This document shows, piece after piece, positions 1 to 8,490 of a stretch of 64,000 nt of DNA. Below the pieces are notes generated by a model, which had not been told where the DNA came from, did no database searches, and saw nothing but the letters and a program-made list of their open reading frames with translations. Position 1 is the first letter of the stretch. Each line of letters opens with the position of its first letter. The position numbers and the translations under genes were made by a program. Source of the DNA: an uncultured Alphaproteobacteria bacterium (GTDB lineage: Bacteria > Pseudomonadota > Alphaproteobacteria > Rhizobiales > Kaistiaceae); NCBI GenBank assembly GCA_963732845.1, contig CAVTBE010000012.1, forward strand, positions 25,090 through 89,089, given 5' to 3'.

Positions 1-1
1 C

Positions 2-676
2 TCTTTGAACGCGCAATCAGCGCTCGACCCTGGCTATGCTCAAGCGTATGCCGGCTTGGCGTTCGCCTACCTTTTTGACTACTCCAATCGCTGGACGGGT
101 TACCCGGATGGCGCGATGCAGCGTGCCGATGAGTTGGCCACCAAAGCAATCGCGATAGACCCAAACGATCCCTATGGTTACGCCGTCGCGGCGATTTCAG
201 CACACCACCTGAATGACGACCAGCGGGCACAGTCTGCCATCGATAGGGCATTGGCGCTCAATCCCAACTATGCTCTCGCACTGAACGTTCGTGGCTCCCT
301 CGCCACGTACACTGGTCATCCCGAGGCTGCCATCCCCGACATCGAGCGCGCGATGCGGCTCGACCCCGGCTTCAGTCAGCAATACCTGCACTATCTTGGT
401 TTTGCCCACCTTCTGCTCGGGAATTACGAGACCGCGGCAACCGTATTCAAGGAGCGCATTCTGCTGTTTCCGCAAACCGATGTGAGTCGTGGCATGCTAG
501 CGGCGGCGCTTGGTCATCTTGGCCGTGTCGACGAGGCACGGCAGGTTTGGGACGATATGAAGAAGGCCAATCCGGCATTTTCTTTCTTCCAGCACCTTTC
601 TCGCATACCGATCCGTAATCCGACGGACGTGGACAGGATTGCCTCGGGGCCTGCGAAGGCCGGACTGCAGGATTGA
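2..676 (+). CDS. TPR-repeat protein, C-terminal part (5' end outside window)
   Basis: The frame is open from the window edge to TGA at 674-676. It contains repeated 34-aa TPR-like units ('AYAGLAFAY', 'AIDRALALNPNYALAL', 'AIPDIERAMRLDP'). Confidence 0.7.
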   Translation, partial: SLNAQSALDPGYAQAYAGLAFAYLFDYSNRWTGYPDGAMQRADELATKAIAIDPNDPYGYAVAAISAHHLNDDQRAQSAIDRALALNPNYALALNVRGSLATYTGHPEAAIPDIERAMRLDPGFSQQYLHYLGFAHLLLGNYETAATVFKERILLFPQTDVSRGMLAAALGHLGRVDEARQVWDDMKKANPAFSFFQHLSRIPIRNPTDVDRIASGPAKAGLQD

Positions 677-725
677 TCTGCACTAGCGTCAGCGACCGCG
701 TAGTGAGGTCGGCCACTTCCGCTGT

Positions 726-831
726 TGGCGCATCGCGTCAATTCACGGCAACGCAGTATTTCGGTCGCTTTCCGGGCGAAGCGGAAATACGCAGACAGGT
801 GGAACCGGCGGCTTCGGTCGAGAATGACCCT
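726..831. repeat. Copy A of an about 105-bp perfect direct repeat (dispersed 'SVENDP' intergenic repeat family)
   Basis: 'tggcgcatcgcgtcaattcacggcaacgcagtatttcggtcgctttccgggcgaagcggaaatacgcagacaggtggaaccggcggcttcggtcgagaatgaccc' is identical to 4187-4291. It is intergenic and upstream of the cyclase gene. Confidence 0.9.
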
Positions 832-980
832 CAACGGACATTCCATCGCGACGCCCAGCTCCGGGGTTGAGGCCGCTGCGATCTCTGATCGGCCGCGGGC
901 AGTCACGTCAGGCTTGTCAAAAGGCTCTCTCTGACGACACTGTCGGCCCAGAAAGAACCGGGCGACCAGTGGGAGACAGT

Positions 981-3900
981 ATGACCGGGGGCGCGGATCA
1001 AACTTCGGGCGAAACGCATACTTTCCTGTTCACGGACCATGAGGGTAGCACGCGCCTCTGGGAAAAGTTCCCCGACGCCATGAAGGGTGCCCTGAAGCGT
1101 CACGACGCCATCCTACGAGCGGAGGTCGAGGCATCGGGGGGACGCGTCGTCAAGTCGACCGGAGACGGCACCATGGCGGTTTTCGCAAGCGCCGTCGACG
1201 CGGTGACCGCGAGCCTGGCGGCCCAACGCGGCCTGGCCAAGGAACCTTGGCCCGAGACCGGGCCGCTGCGCGTCCGGATGGGCTTGCACTCCGGCCAAGC
1301 CGAGCGGCGGGCGAACGATTTCTTCGGTCCAACGGTCAATCGGACCGCCCGGATTATGGCCGTGGGACACGGCGGCCAGGTCCTGCTTTCCGCTTCTGCG
1401 GCCTCACTTGCCATGGAGCGCCTGCCGCCCGGCGCCAGTCTGCTCGACCTCGGCGAACACCGCCTGAAGGACCTCGGTCGCCCCGAGCATCTCTGTCAGC
1501 TCGTTCATCCCGATCTGGCGTCGGGCTTCCCACCCCTGGCGACCGCGAACCCGGCTGTAGCCAGCATGCCGGCAAGGGCCGCGGCTTTTGTCGGGCGCCA
1601 AGCCGAGATTAAACAGATCCGAGATCGTCTCGAGGACAGTTCGGTTCGTCTCCTTACGCTTGTCGGGCCAGGGGGCACCGGCAAGACAACGTTGGCCATC
1701 CGATCGGCCGAGGAAGCGGCGTCCAGCTTCCCGGATGGCGTGTCGTTTGTCGATCTGTCGAGCGCACGGAACACCAACGCCGCGCTGGTTGCGATCGCCC
1801 GCGCCATGGGGTTCGGTGAAGTCATAGATCGCCCGCTGCAAGAAGAACTCACCCGTCGCCTGAGGGATCGACGCATGCTGCTCGTCCTCGACAACTTCGA
1901 GCAGGTCACCGAGGCGGCGGGCCTTGTCTCACAACTGCTCGGCGATTGCCCGAAACTCAACGTACTGGCGACCAGTCGCGAGGCACTGCATATCCGGGCC
2001 GAACGTGTCTACCCGGTTCAGCCGATGACGCTTCCCGCGATAGACCGGAAGCAGGTGACCGCCCGGCAAGTCGAAGGTTGCGAGGCCGTGCAGCTCTTCG
2101 TCGATCGGGCGCAGGCGATCCGCCCGAACTTCCAATTGACCGATGACAACGCCTCGGCCGTCGCCGAGATATGTCGCCGGCTGGACGGCCTTCCCCTGGC
2201 GATCGAACTTGCCGCGGCGCGACTGCGACTCCTCTCCCCCGATGCGCTGCTGGACCAACTACGAAATCGGCTGAAGCTGCTGCGCAGCGGGCCGCGCGAT
2301 CTGCCGGAGCGGCAACAGACCCTTCGGGCGGCGATGGATTGGAGTTACGAACTGCTCAAGCCCGAAGAGCAACGATTGTTCGAATTGCTGGCGGTGTTCG
2401 CCGATGCGGATATCGGCGATGTCGAGGCTATTGCCGCCCGCCTCGATGCGGTCGACGGCGTTACACTTGACGTTCTCGACGGGCTCGCCAGCCTGATCGA
2501 GAAGAGCCTCATCCGTCAGGTCGACATTTCGGGGGGCGAGCCACGCGTGGCGATGCTTGAGACGATAAGGGAGTTCGCTGCCGACCGGCTCGACCAACGC
2601 CCCGAAGTCGGCGCGCGAGCACGGCGGGCCCACGCGACGCACTATGCCGACTTAGCGCGCCGATTGCTTGGAGATCTGACCGGCAGTCGGCGCGCGGATG
2701 CGCTGGCGGCCATGGCGACAGAAGTCGGCAACCTTCGCCTAGCTTGGGGCTACTGGGTGGCGGCGGCCGACCTCGAGCAACTGGAGAAGCTGGCCGAGAG
2801 CTTGCTGATCCTCAATGACGCCCGCGGCTGGTACCTCGACACTGTCGGCCTTACCACCGACATGCTTGCCGTCCTCAACAAGAATGCGTCACCGGACCGG
2901 ATCGGCCAGGAGATTGCGCTGAGGACCAGCCTGGCGCGCGCGCTGATGGCGACCAAAGGCTTCACACCCGAGGTCGAACAAGCGTTCGCCAGTGCTGTTG
3001 AGCTGTTCGAGCGCGGCACGGACGCGCGCCAGCAGTTCGCGGTAATGCGGGAGCTCCTGAGCCTCTATCAGTTCCGCGGCCAGATCGATAAATCGGCGCA
3101 ACTCGCAGCGGAAATCCTTGCCCTGGGCGAGCGTGACGACAACCCCAAAATCCGGATCGACGGACACTTGGCGCTGGGAACGGCTCTGATGTTCGTTGAG
3201 GATCTCGAGGGTGGTCTGCATCACCTGGAAAGTGCGATCTCATTGTTCGCCCAGGCCCCGATGGAGGCGTTCGGCCGCCGGGTAGGGAACGATCCGCGGA
3301 TCGCTTGCCTCACGACCTCGGCATTCACCCTGTGGCTCATGGGTTATCCGGATCGTGCCGTGGAGCGTGTGAACAGCGCGTTGGCGCTGGCAGCCGAATT
3401 GGATCATCCATTTTCCTCGGCCTTTGCCGGCTTCCACTCTGGCCTGCTCCACCACTGGCGTCGCGAACCGGAAATTGCGTTTGACCGCGCTGTTGCCCTG
3501 CTCGCAATCGCCGATGAGCACGATCTGAAAATCTGGTCCGCGGTCGGGACCTGCCTGATAGGCGCCGCGCAGGTCGGGATTGGCCGCTTCGAAGAAGGCC
3601 TAGCCGATATCCGCAAAGGCATGGAACTTTATCACGGGCTGCGGTCGCCACCGATCTTCTGGCCAATTCTGCTGTCCATCGACGCGGGCACTAGCCTCCT
3701 TGCCGGGCGCGCGGCCGACGGCCTTGGCCCGATCGATACGGCTATCGAAATGATGAGCCCGGGCCGCGGCGCGATCCTGCTGCCGGAGTTCTATCTGCTC
3801 AAAGGCGACCTGCTCGCGGCACATGCGACCGAGAAGCCGAGCGATGCCGCGCAGCCCGAGCATTGGTACCAGCTGGCCTATGACCGTGCGGGCGAGCTGA

Positions 3901-4094
3901 AGGCGCGCATGTCGCAGCTGCGTGCCGCGACCAGGCTTTGTCGGACATGGCAGGCCAGAGGGAACATCGAGGCCGCGGCGCGGACGCTCGCCCCGGTCTA
4001 TGCAACCCTTACAGAGGGTTTTGCGACCGCCGACTTAATCGAGGCGCGGGACTTGCTCGCCACCGCCACACAAGTTCAACCATCGCCGTCTTGA
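981..4094 (+). CDS. Class III adenylate/guanylate cyclase fused to an NB-ARC-type STAND NTPase and C-terminal TPR array
   Basis: ATG at 981 is preceded by GGGAGA; the track ORF starts at TTG 867. Cyclase motifs: 'FLFTDHEGSTRLWE', 'KSTGDGTMAVF', 'GPTVNRTARI'. Walker A 'GPGGTGKTTLA', Walker B 'LLVLDNFEQV', NB-ARC 'GLPLAIELAAARL'. The C-terminal roughly 450 aa are helical and TPR-like. Confidence 0.85.
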   Translation: MTGGADQTSGETHTFLFTDHEGSTRLWEKFPDAMKGALKRHDAILRAEVEASGGRVVKSTGDGTMAVFASAVDAVTASLAAQRGLAKEPWPETGPLRVRMGLHSGQAERRANDFFGPTVNRTARIMAVGHGGQVLLSASAASLAMERLPPGASLLDLGEHRLKDLGRPEHLCQLVHPDLASGFPPLATANPAVASMPARAAAFVGRQAEIKQIRDRLEDSSVRLLTLVGPGGTGKTTLAIRSAEEAASSFPDGVSFVDLSSARNTNAALVAIARAMGFGEVIDRPLQEELTRRLRDRRMLLVLDNFEQVTEAAGLVSQLLGDCPKLNVLATSREALHIRAERVYPVQPMTLPAIDRKQVTARQVEGCEAVQLFVDRAQAIRPNFQLTDDNASAVAEICRRLDGLPLAIELAAARLRLLSPDALLDQLRNRLKLLRSGPRDLPERQQTLRAAMDWSYELLKPEEQRLFELLAVFADADIGDVEAIAARLDAVDGVTLDVLDGLASLIEKSLIRQVDISGGEPRVAMLETIREFAADRLDQRPEVGARARRAHATHYADLARRLLGDLTGSRRADALAAMATEVGNLRLAWGYWVAAADLEQLEKLAESLLILNDARGWYLDTVGLTTDMLAVLNKNASPDRIGQEIALRTSLARALMATKGFTPEVEQAFASAVELFERGTDARQQFAVMRELLSLYQFRGQIDKSAQLAAEILALGERDDNPKIRIDGHLALGTALMFVEDLEGGLHHLESAISLFAQAPMEAFGRRVGNDPRIACLTTSAFTLWLMGYPDRAVERVNSALALAAELDHPFSSAFAGFHSGLLHHWRREPEIAFDRAVALLAIADEHDLKIWSAVGTCLIGAAQVGIGRFEEGLADIRKGMELYHGLRSPPIFWPILLSIDAGTSLLAGRAADGLGPIDTAIEMMSPGRGAILLPEFYLLKGDLLAAHATEKPSDAAQPEHWYQLAYDRAGELKARMSQLRAATRLCRTWQARGNIEAAARTLAPVYATLTEGFATADLIEARDLLATATQVQPSPS

Positions 4095-4186
4095 CGCATC
4101 GCAATTTCAACGGCGGCAGTCGTCTAGGCAATTCCAGTTATCACTCGTGTTTCGAGCCAACCGAGCTGGGGCTCCACGTCCTTTCG

Positions 4187-4292
4187 TGGCGCATCGCGTC
4201 AATTCACGGCAACGCAGTATTTCGGTCGCTTTCCGGGCGAAGCGGAAATACGCAGACAGGTGGAACCGGCGGCTTCGGTCGAGAATGACCCT
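4187..4292. repeat. Copy B of the about 105-bp direct repeat, interrupted at its 3' end by the IS1182-family element
   Basis: Identical to 726-830. In translation the repeat family motif resumes after the IS: 'ENDP|KRTS' versus 'ENDPQRTF' in copy A. Confidence 0.9.
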
Positions 4293-5958
4293 GGCTGTGT
4301 GGAAACGGGCGAGTCAGGTAGGGTTTTCCCGTTGGGATGCGGGAGGATCGGATGGGTCGTTTTGTCGAAGGAGCCGACCGTTCGCAGTGTTCCTTCCTGC
4401 CCGAATGCCTCGAGGACTGGGTGGATGAGGACAACCCGGTTCAGGTGATCGATGCCTTCGTCGAGGCGCTGGACCTGCCGGCGCTCGGCTTCGACGGTGC
4501 GATGCCGGCGAACACGGGTCGGCCGGCCTACCATCCTGCGGTGCTGCTGAAGCTCTACATCTACGGATACCTCAATCGCGTGCAGTCGAGCCGACGGCTC
4601 GAGCGTGAGGCCGGGCGCAATGTCGAACTGATGTGGCTTCTCGGCCGGTTGGTTCCCGACCACAAGACGATCGCCGACTTCCGCAAGGACAATGGCCGCG
4701 CCCTGCGCCGGGTCTGCGCTCGCTTCGTTGCGCTTTGCCGCCAGATGGGCCTGCTCGCCGGCGGCACGGTGGTGGTGGATGGCAGCAAGTTCAAGGCGGT
4801 CAACAACCGCGACAGGAACTTCACCCACGCCAAGATGGCGCGCCGTGTCGCGCAGATCGAGGAGAGCATCACGCGCTACCTGCATCAGCTCGACAGCGCC
4901 GACCGGCAGGAGCCCAGCGAGGCAATCGCCACCAAGGTGGCGCGGCTCAAGGAGAAGATCGGCCGTCTCAGACAGGAGATGGACAGGCTCGCTGCGCTCG
5001 ACGGGCTGATGCGGCAGACGCCCGACCAGCAGATCTCCCTGACCGACCCCGACTCCCGCTCGATGGCGACGAGCGGCCGCGGCTCCGGTGTGGTCGGCTA
5101 CAACGTGCAGGTCGCGGTCGAGACCGAGCACCATCTGATCGTGACGCATGAGGTGACCAACGTCGGCAACGACCGCGCGCAGCTCGCTCCGATGGCGAAG
5201 GCCGCCAAGCAGACGCTCGACACCGAGCAGCTCCATGTCATCGCCGACCGCGGCTACTTTGACGGCGAGCAGATCAAGGAATGCGTGGAGGCGGGCTTCA
5301 CCGTCACCTTGCCCAAGCCGCAGACCTCAGGCGCGAAGGCAAACGGCCGCTTCGGCAAGCAGGACTTCGCCTATCTGCCCGAGCAGGACGCCTACCGCTG
5401 CCCTGCCGGCGCGATCCTGACCTACCACTACAGCAACGTCGAACACGGCATGGAGTTGCGCCGCTACTGGTCGACGGCGGCCTGCCTCGCCTGCACGATC
5501 AAGCGGCAGTGCACGCCCGCGAAGGAACGCCGGGTCACGCGCTGGGTTCATGAGCATCTGATCGAGGAGTCCAGCGAAGGCTCGATGCCAACCCCGATCT
5601 GATGCGCGTCAGGCGCGAGACGGTCGAACATCCCTTCGGGACCATCAAGGCGAGGATGGGCGCGACCCACTTCCTGATGAAGCGCCTGCCCAACGTCGCC
5701 GCCGAGATGGCATTGCACGTGCTCGCCTATAACCTGACCCGGGTGATGAACATCATCGGCCGGCCAAGCCTGATCGCGGCCCTCAGGGCCGCGTGATGGC
5801 ACGATCGCGCGCTCATTCGAGCCCGATGGCGCTCTGAGGCCGTCTCTCATCGCCTTTGAAGCCACCAGGGCCCAACTGGGTGGCGAAAGCGGACTTCCCG
5901 GAGCTCTGCGCTCTCTAGAGCCGTTCGCATCGGCGCCAAGCCGTTTTGACACGGCCAA
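4292..5958 (+). mobile_element. IS1182-family insertion sequence (about 1.67 kb)
   Basis: Imperfect terminal inverted repeats: 'tggctgtgtggaaacgggc' at 4292, versus the reverse complement of 'gccgttttgacacggccaa' ending at 5958. Flanked by a 5-bp direct repeat GACCC (4287-4291 and 5959-5963). Encodes an IS1182-type transposase. Confidence 0.8.
4337..5796 (+). pseudogene. IS1182-family DDE transposase, split by a single frameshift near 5565-5570
   Basis: ORF 4337-5602 has the typical N-terminus ('GRFVEGADRSQCSFLPECLEDWVDEDNPV', 'YIYGYLNRVQSSRRLEREAGRNVELMWL'). The conserved C-terminus 'VQRRLDANPDLMRVRRETVEHPFGTIKARMGATHFLMKRL...YNLTRVMNIIG' continues in another frame to 5796. The switch lies in 'ctgatcgaggagtccagcgaagg'. 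Confidence 0.8.
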
Positions 5959-6101
5959 GACCCAAAGCGGACATCCCCCTCGTGCCGACGAGATGGCCAC
6001 TCTGCGCCCAGTGCAGCCGCATGTGGATTGTAATCCTCGGCCTGAAAGTCGCCCTTCGCTCATCTTGGGCTACCGCGCGGCGCTCGCTGGACGCGAAGCC
6101 A

Positions 6102-6347
6102 CTAGTCGACCGGATCGCGACAGCAGTCCATGTCGATGCCGCCAATGTCGTCCGTGGGGGCGAAGACAAAGCCGAGGCCGGCATTGGCAATACCTCGGCC
6201 AGCCGCAGCGGCTCTCGCATACGATAGGTTCGTTCGCGGCCAGTCGGTAGCCGGCGCAAACGGCTTTTTGTCGAAGCCGCCGCCCGCCTTGGCGACGGGC
6301 CGCCACGCGACCCACCGATCAATGGCCTTTAGTTCGTCCGGGATCAT
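6102..6347 (-). pseudogene. N-terminal 81-aa remnant of a bifunctional primase/polymerase (Prim-Pol, P4-like replication protein)
   Basis: 'LKAIDRWVAWR...KKPF...GLGFVF...IGGIDMDCCRD' matches the Prim-Pol N-terminal domain, including the DxD motif. The ORF ends at TAG 6102-6104, long before a full primase/helicase. I recognised no continuation in the other frames. Confidence 0.65.
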
Positions 6348-6541
6348 TGTTTTCTGATCAACTCGGCGATGGCCGTCGTCAGTGCGAACATGGCGACGAC
6401 TTCAGGGTGTTCTTCGGCAAAGTCCTTGTTGTCATGGATGCCGTTAAGAAACTCGACGCCATCGGCGAATCAAAACGCCGCATCCCGAGCCTCCGGGCAC
6501 AAACGGTTAACGAGTTTCTCCCAGTCGGTGTTTTCGCTCAT
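6344..6541 (-). pseudogene. Small island ORF (65 codons) with an in-frame TGA at 6470-6472
   Basis: Its ATG (6539-6541) overlaps the alpA stop as ATGA. Its terminal TGA (6344-6346) overlaps the primase ATG as ATGA. The frame reads 'MSENTDWEKLVNRLCPEARDAAF*FADGVEFLNGIHDNKDFAEEHPEVVAMFALTTAIAELIRKQ'. Confidence 0.55.
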
Positions 6542-6765
6542 GCTGCCCTCCCAGCGTCGTCGCCTTTCAACGGCTTCACAGGGCGGCTCAGAATCCAGTC
6601 GTCGATTTCGCTGGCAAGCCACATGGGGCGACTGCCTACTTCGCGAGCGCGGGGAAAGCGACCCTCGCGCATCCACGCCCAGATCGTCGGATAAGAAAGG
6701 CCGATGCGTTCGAGCACTACGGCCTTGGGCAGCAAGCGCGGCCCGTCGATTTGCGGATAGTCCAT
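6538..6765 (-). CDS. alpA: AlpA-family phage/island transcriptional regulator (excisionase-like HTH)
   Basis: 'LLPKAVVLERIGLSYPTIWAWMREGRFPRAREVGSRPMWLASEIDDWI' is the AlpA/MerR-type HTH signature. The start is placed at internal ATG 6763-6765, because the track ORF has an improbable N-terminal extension. Confidence 0.8.
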   Translation of the reverse strand: MDYPQIDGPRLLPKAVVLERIGLSYPTIWAWMREGRFPRAREVGSRPMWLASEIDDWILSRPVKPLKGDDAGRAA

Positions 6766-6859
6766 AGCAACCTCCATGACTGCCGCTTGGTAGACGGCGG
6801 GAGCGTGGAGGCAGGTCGCCCGGCGCATATTGCCCGCACCCTTGGCCACAGAGATGGGT

Positions 6860-6897
6860 GGTCATCGCCCGGCGGTTGCTGAGACCGGGCGATGACC
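6860..6897. other. 13-bp perfect inverted repeat (stem-loop) between int and alpA
   Basis: 'ggtcatcgcccgg' (6860-6872) and 'ccgggcgatgacc' (6885-6897) are separated by a 12-nt loop. No U-tract follows. Confidence 0.4.
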
Positions 6898-7030
6898 TAA
6901 GCGTCGGCTGCGGGTGAGCGAGTGACGCTATCAAGAAGCTGGAAGAGGAAACAGCAACCTAGAAGCAAGAAGCCCGCATTACACCAGCTGACTTATGAGG
7001 TCGTGGGCACGTTACAAGACCCCGTAAGGA

Positions 7031-8242
7031 TCACGCCTGTAAACGGCGGAATTCCGCCACGTTTGAGGACCTCTGCCCGGTCGCAAGGGACATCAGATGG
7101 GCCGCCACCGCTTCCATGACGCGCTTGTTCTCGTCGGCGTAGTTGAAGCGGTCATAGACATCGGCGATGCCGCCTTCGACATGGTTCTGGATCCGATTCA
7201 TCGCATCGCGACCGAAGCCGAGGCGGGTGATGGCCGACCCATGCGTTCGGCGGAGGTCATGCGGCGTTGCGCGCGGAACACCCAACACGTGAATTACGTC
7301 ACGCATCGCCGCAGCCATTCCTTTGACGCCGCCACCGCGATCGCCCTGAAAGAAATAGCCGCCACTATCTTCCATTTCGGCCAGCAGGCGGATGACAGGT
7401 TTCGGAAGCCACACGCGATGGCTCTGGCCGTTCTTCGTACCGGGCCAACCAAGCTTGTCGTCTGGTGCACCGGGCATTTCCCACCAGCCATCGACGATAT
7501 GCTCGCGCCGCATGTGCGCGACTTCACCGGGGCGCTGGCCGGTCAGGAGCAACACCTTGAGAGCGGTGCTGCGGATCAGCCCGGCACGATCGAACGCTTC
7601 CCAGAACTGCTTCACCTCGGCGTCCGACAGAATGCGGTCGCGCGCGACCATCGAATTGCGGGCGACCCCCTTGCAGGGGTTGGCAGTGATGCCAGCCACT
7701 TCCTCTCTGATCGCCCACGAGAAGACGGCGGACGCGGCGGCGAGGACCTGATTGCCCAGAGATGGCGATTCGATCTGGCGCATGATGGCCTTCACGTCTG
7801 AGCGTCGGATGTCGGCCGCCGGCAACTTGCCCCAGACGGGACCCAGGAAACGACGAACAAGCTTGTCGGCTTGCATCCAGCTTCGGTTCTTCACCTTGGC
7901 GTATTCGAGATAGCAATCATGCAAGTCGTCGAAGCTGCCGGCATTGCGCTCGGCCATGCGCGTGGCCTGCGGATCGACGCCCTGGGCGACCTCGTACATC
8001 ACCCGCTGTGCCAGCTTGCGGGCATCGTCAAGTGCGATGGCATCAGCGTCGGCGAGGCGGTACCAGCAGAGCCTGCGGCGGATGCGATAGCCGACGTAAT
8101 AGATCTTCCGGCCCGTCGGCCGAACCATCAGAACGAGACCGCGTTGGCGAACATCCCAAACGCGATACGGTTTTGGCTGCGGCTCGGCGCGGTCGATGTA
8201 CGCCTTCGTCAGCGAGCGGCGGTTGGCGGGCGACATACGCAA
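7031..8242 (-). CDS. int: Tyrosine-type site-specific integrase (P4-like, DUF4102-type N-terminus)
   Basis: 403 aa. The C-terminal catalytic region has 'LLLTGQRPGEV', 'HDLRRT' and 'VYDRFNY' (R..HxxR..Y). The N-terminus 'RVWDVRQRGLVLMVRPTGRKIYYV' is typical of P4-type integrases. Confidence 0.9.
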   Translation of the reverse strand: MRMSPANRRSLTKAYIDRAEPQPKPYRVWDVRQRGLVLMVRPTGRKIYYVGYRIRRRLCWYRLADADAIALDDARKLAQRVMYEVAQGVDPQATRMAERNAGSFDDLHDCYLEYAKVKNRSWMQADKLVRRFLGPVWGKLPAADIRRSDVKAIMRQIESPSLGNQVLAAASAVFSWAIREEVAGITANPCKGVARNSMVARDRILSDAEVKQFWEAFDRAGLIRSTALKVLLLTGQRPGEVAHMRREHIVDGWWEMPGAPDDKLGWPGTKNGQSHRVWLPKPVIRLLAEMEDSGGYFFQGDRGGGVKGMAAAMRDVIHVLGVPRATPHDLRRTHGSAITRLGFGRDAMNRIQNHVEGGIADVYDRFNYADENKRVMEAVAAHLMSLATGQRSSNVAEFRRLQA

Positions 8243-8490
8243 ACCCTCTAACGCCGGTCTAACAACCGGCCCAAAAAATACTCCCCCAAAATATGAGCGG
8301 CATCAGCGGGTTACAAGACGAATTATCGAACAAAAACAGATACTTATGCGAGCAAAACTAACGGCGCTAAACGAAGCCTAACGGCGCAAAAAGCCGTGGG
8401 GTCGTGTTGCTTGGTTAATGGCGCCGGCCGCGCGGCCTGAAACCACGGGATTGCCGCGCCGCGCCGGCCTCGCCATGATGCCGGCCGACC

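Noticed and set aside
5555-5605. Programmed ribosomal frameshift in the IS1182-family transposase
   Set aside because: As I recall, IS1182-family transposases are normally single ORFs. There is no A6G/A7-type slippery motif at the frame junction, so an indel is more likely.
6101-6110. ACTAGTCGAC (adjacent SpeI and SalI sites) exactly at the stop that truncates the primase fragment, which looks like a cloning polylinker
   Set aside because: There are no other vector-like sequences or additional polylinker sites nearby, and a 10-mer can occur by chance. I noted it only because CTAG-containing sites seemed rare in this window. Worth a quick vector screen, but not treated as evidence of engineering.
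6470-6472. In-frame TGA in the small island ORF as possible selenocysteine or programmed read-through
   Set aside because: I saw no SECIS-like hairpin immediately downstream, and the neighbouring primase gene is also truncated. Decay is the simpler explanation.
8243-8490. Expected tRNA or att site next to the P4-like integrase
   Set aside because: I could not fold any tRNA-like cloverleaf in this AT-richer spacer and found no repeat partner within the window. The boundary is left unresolved rather than called.
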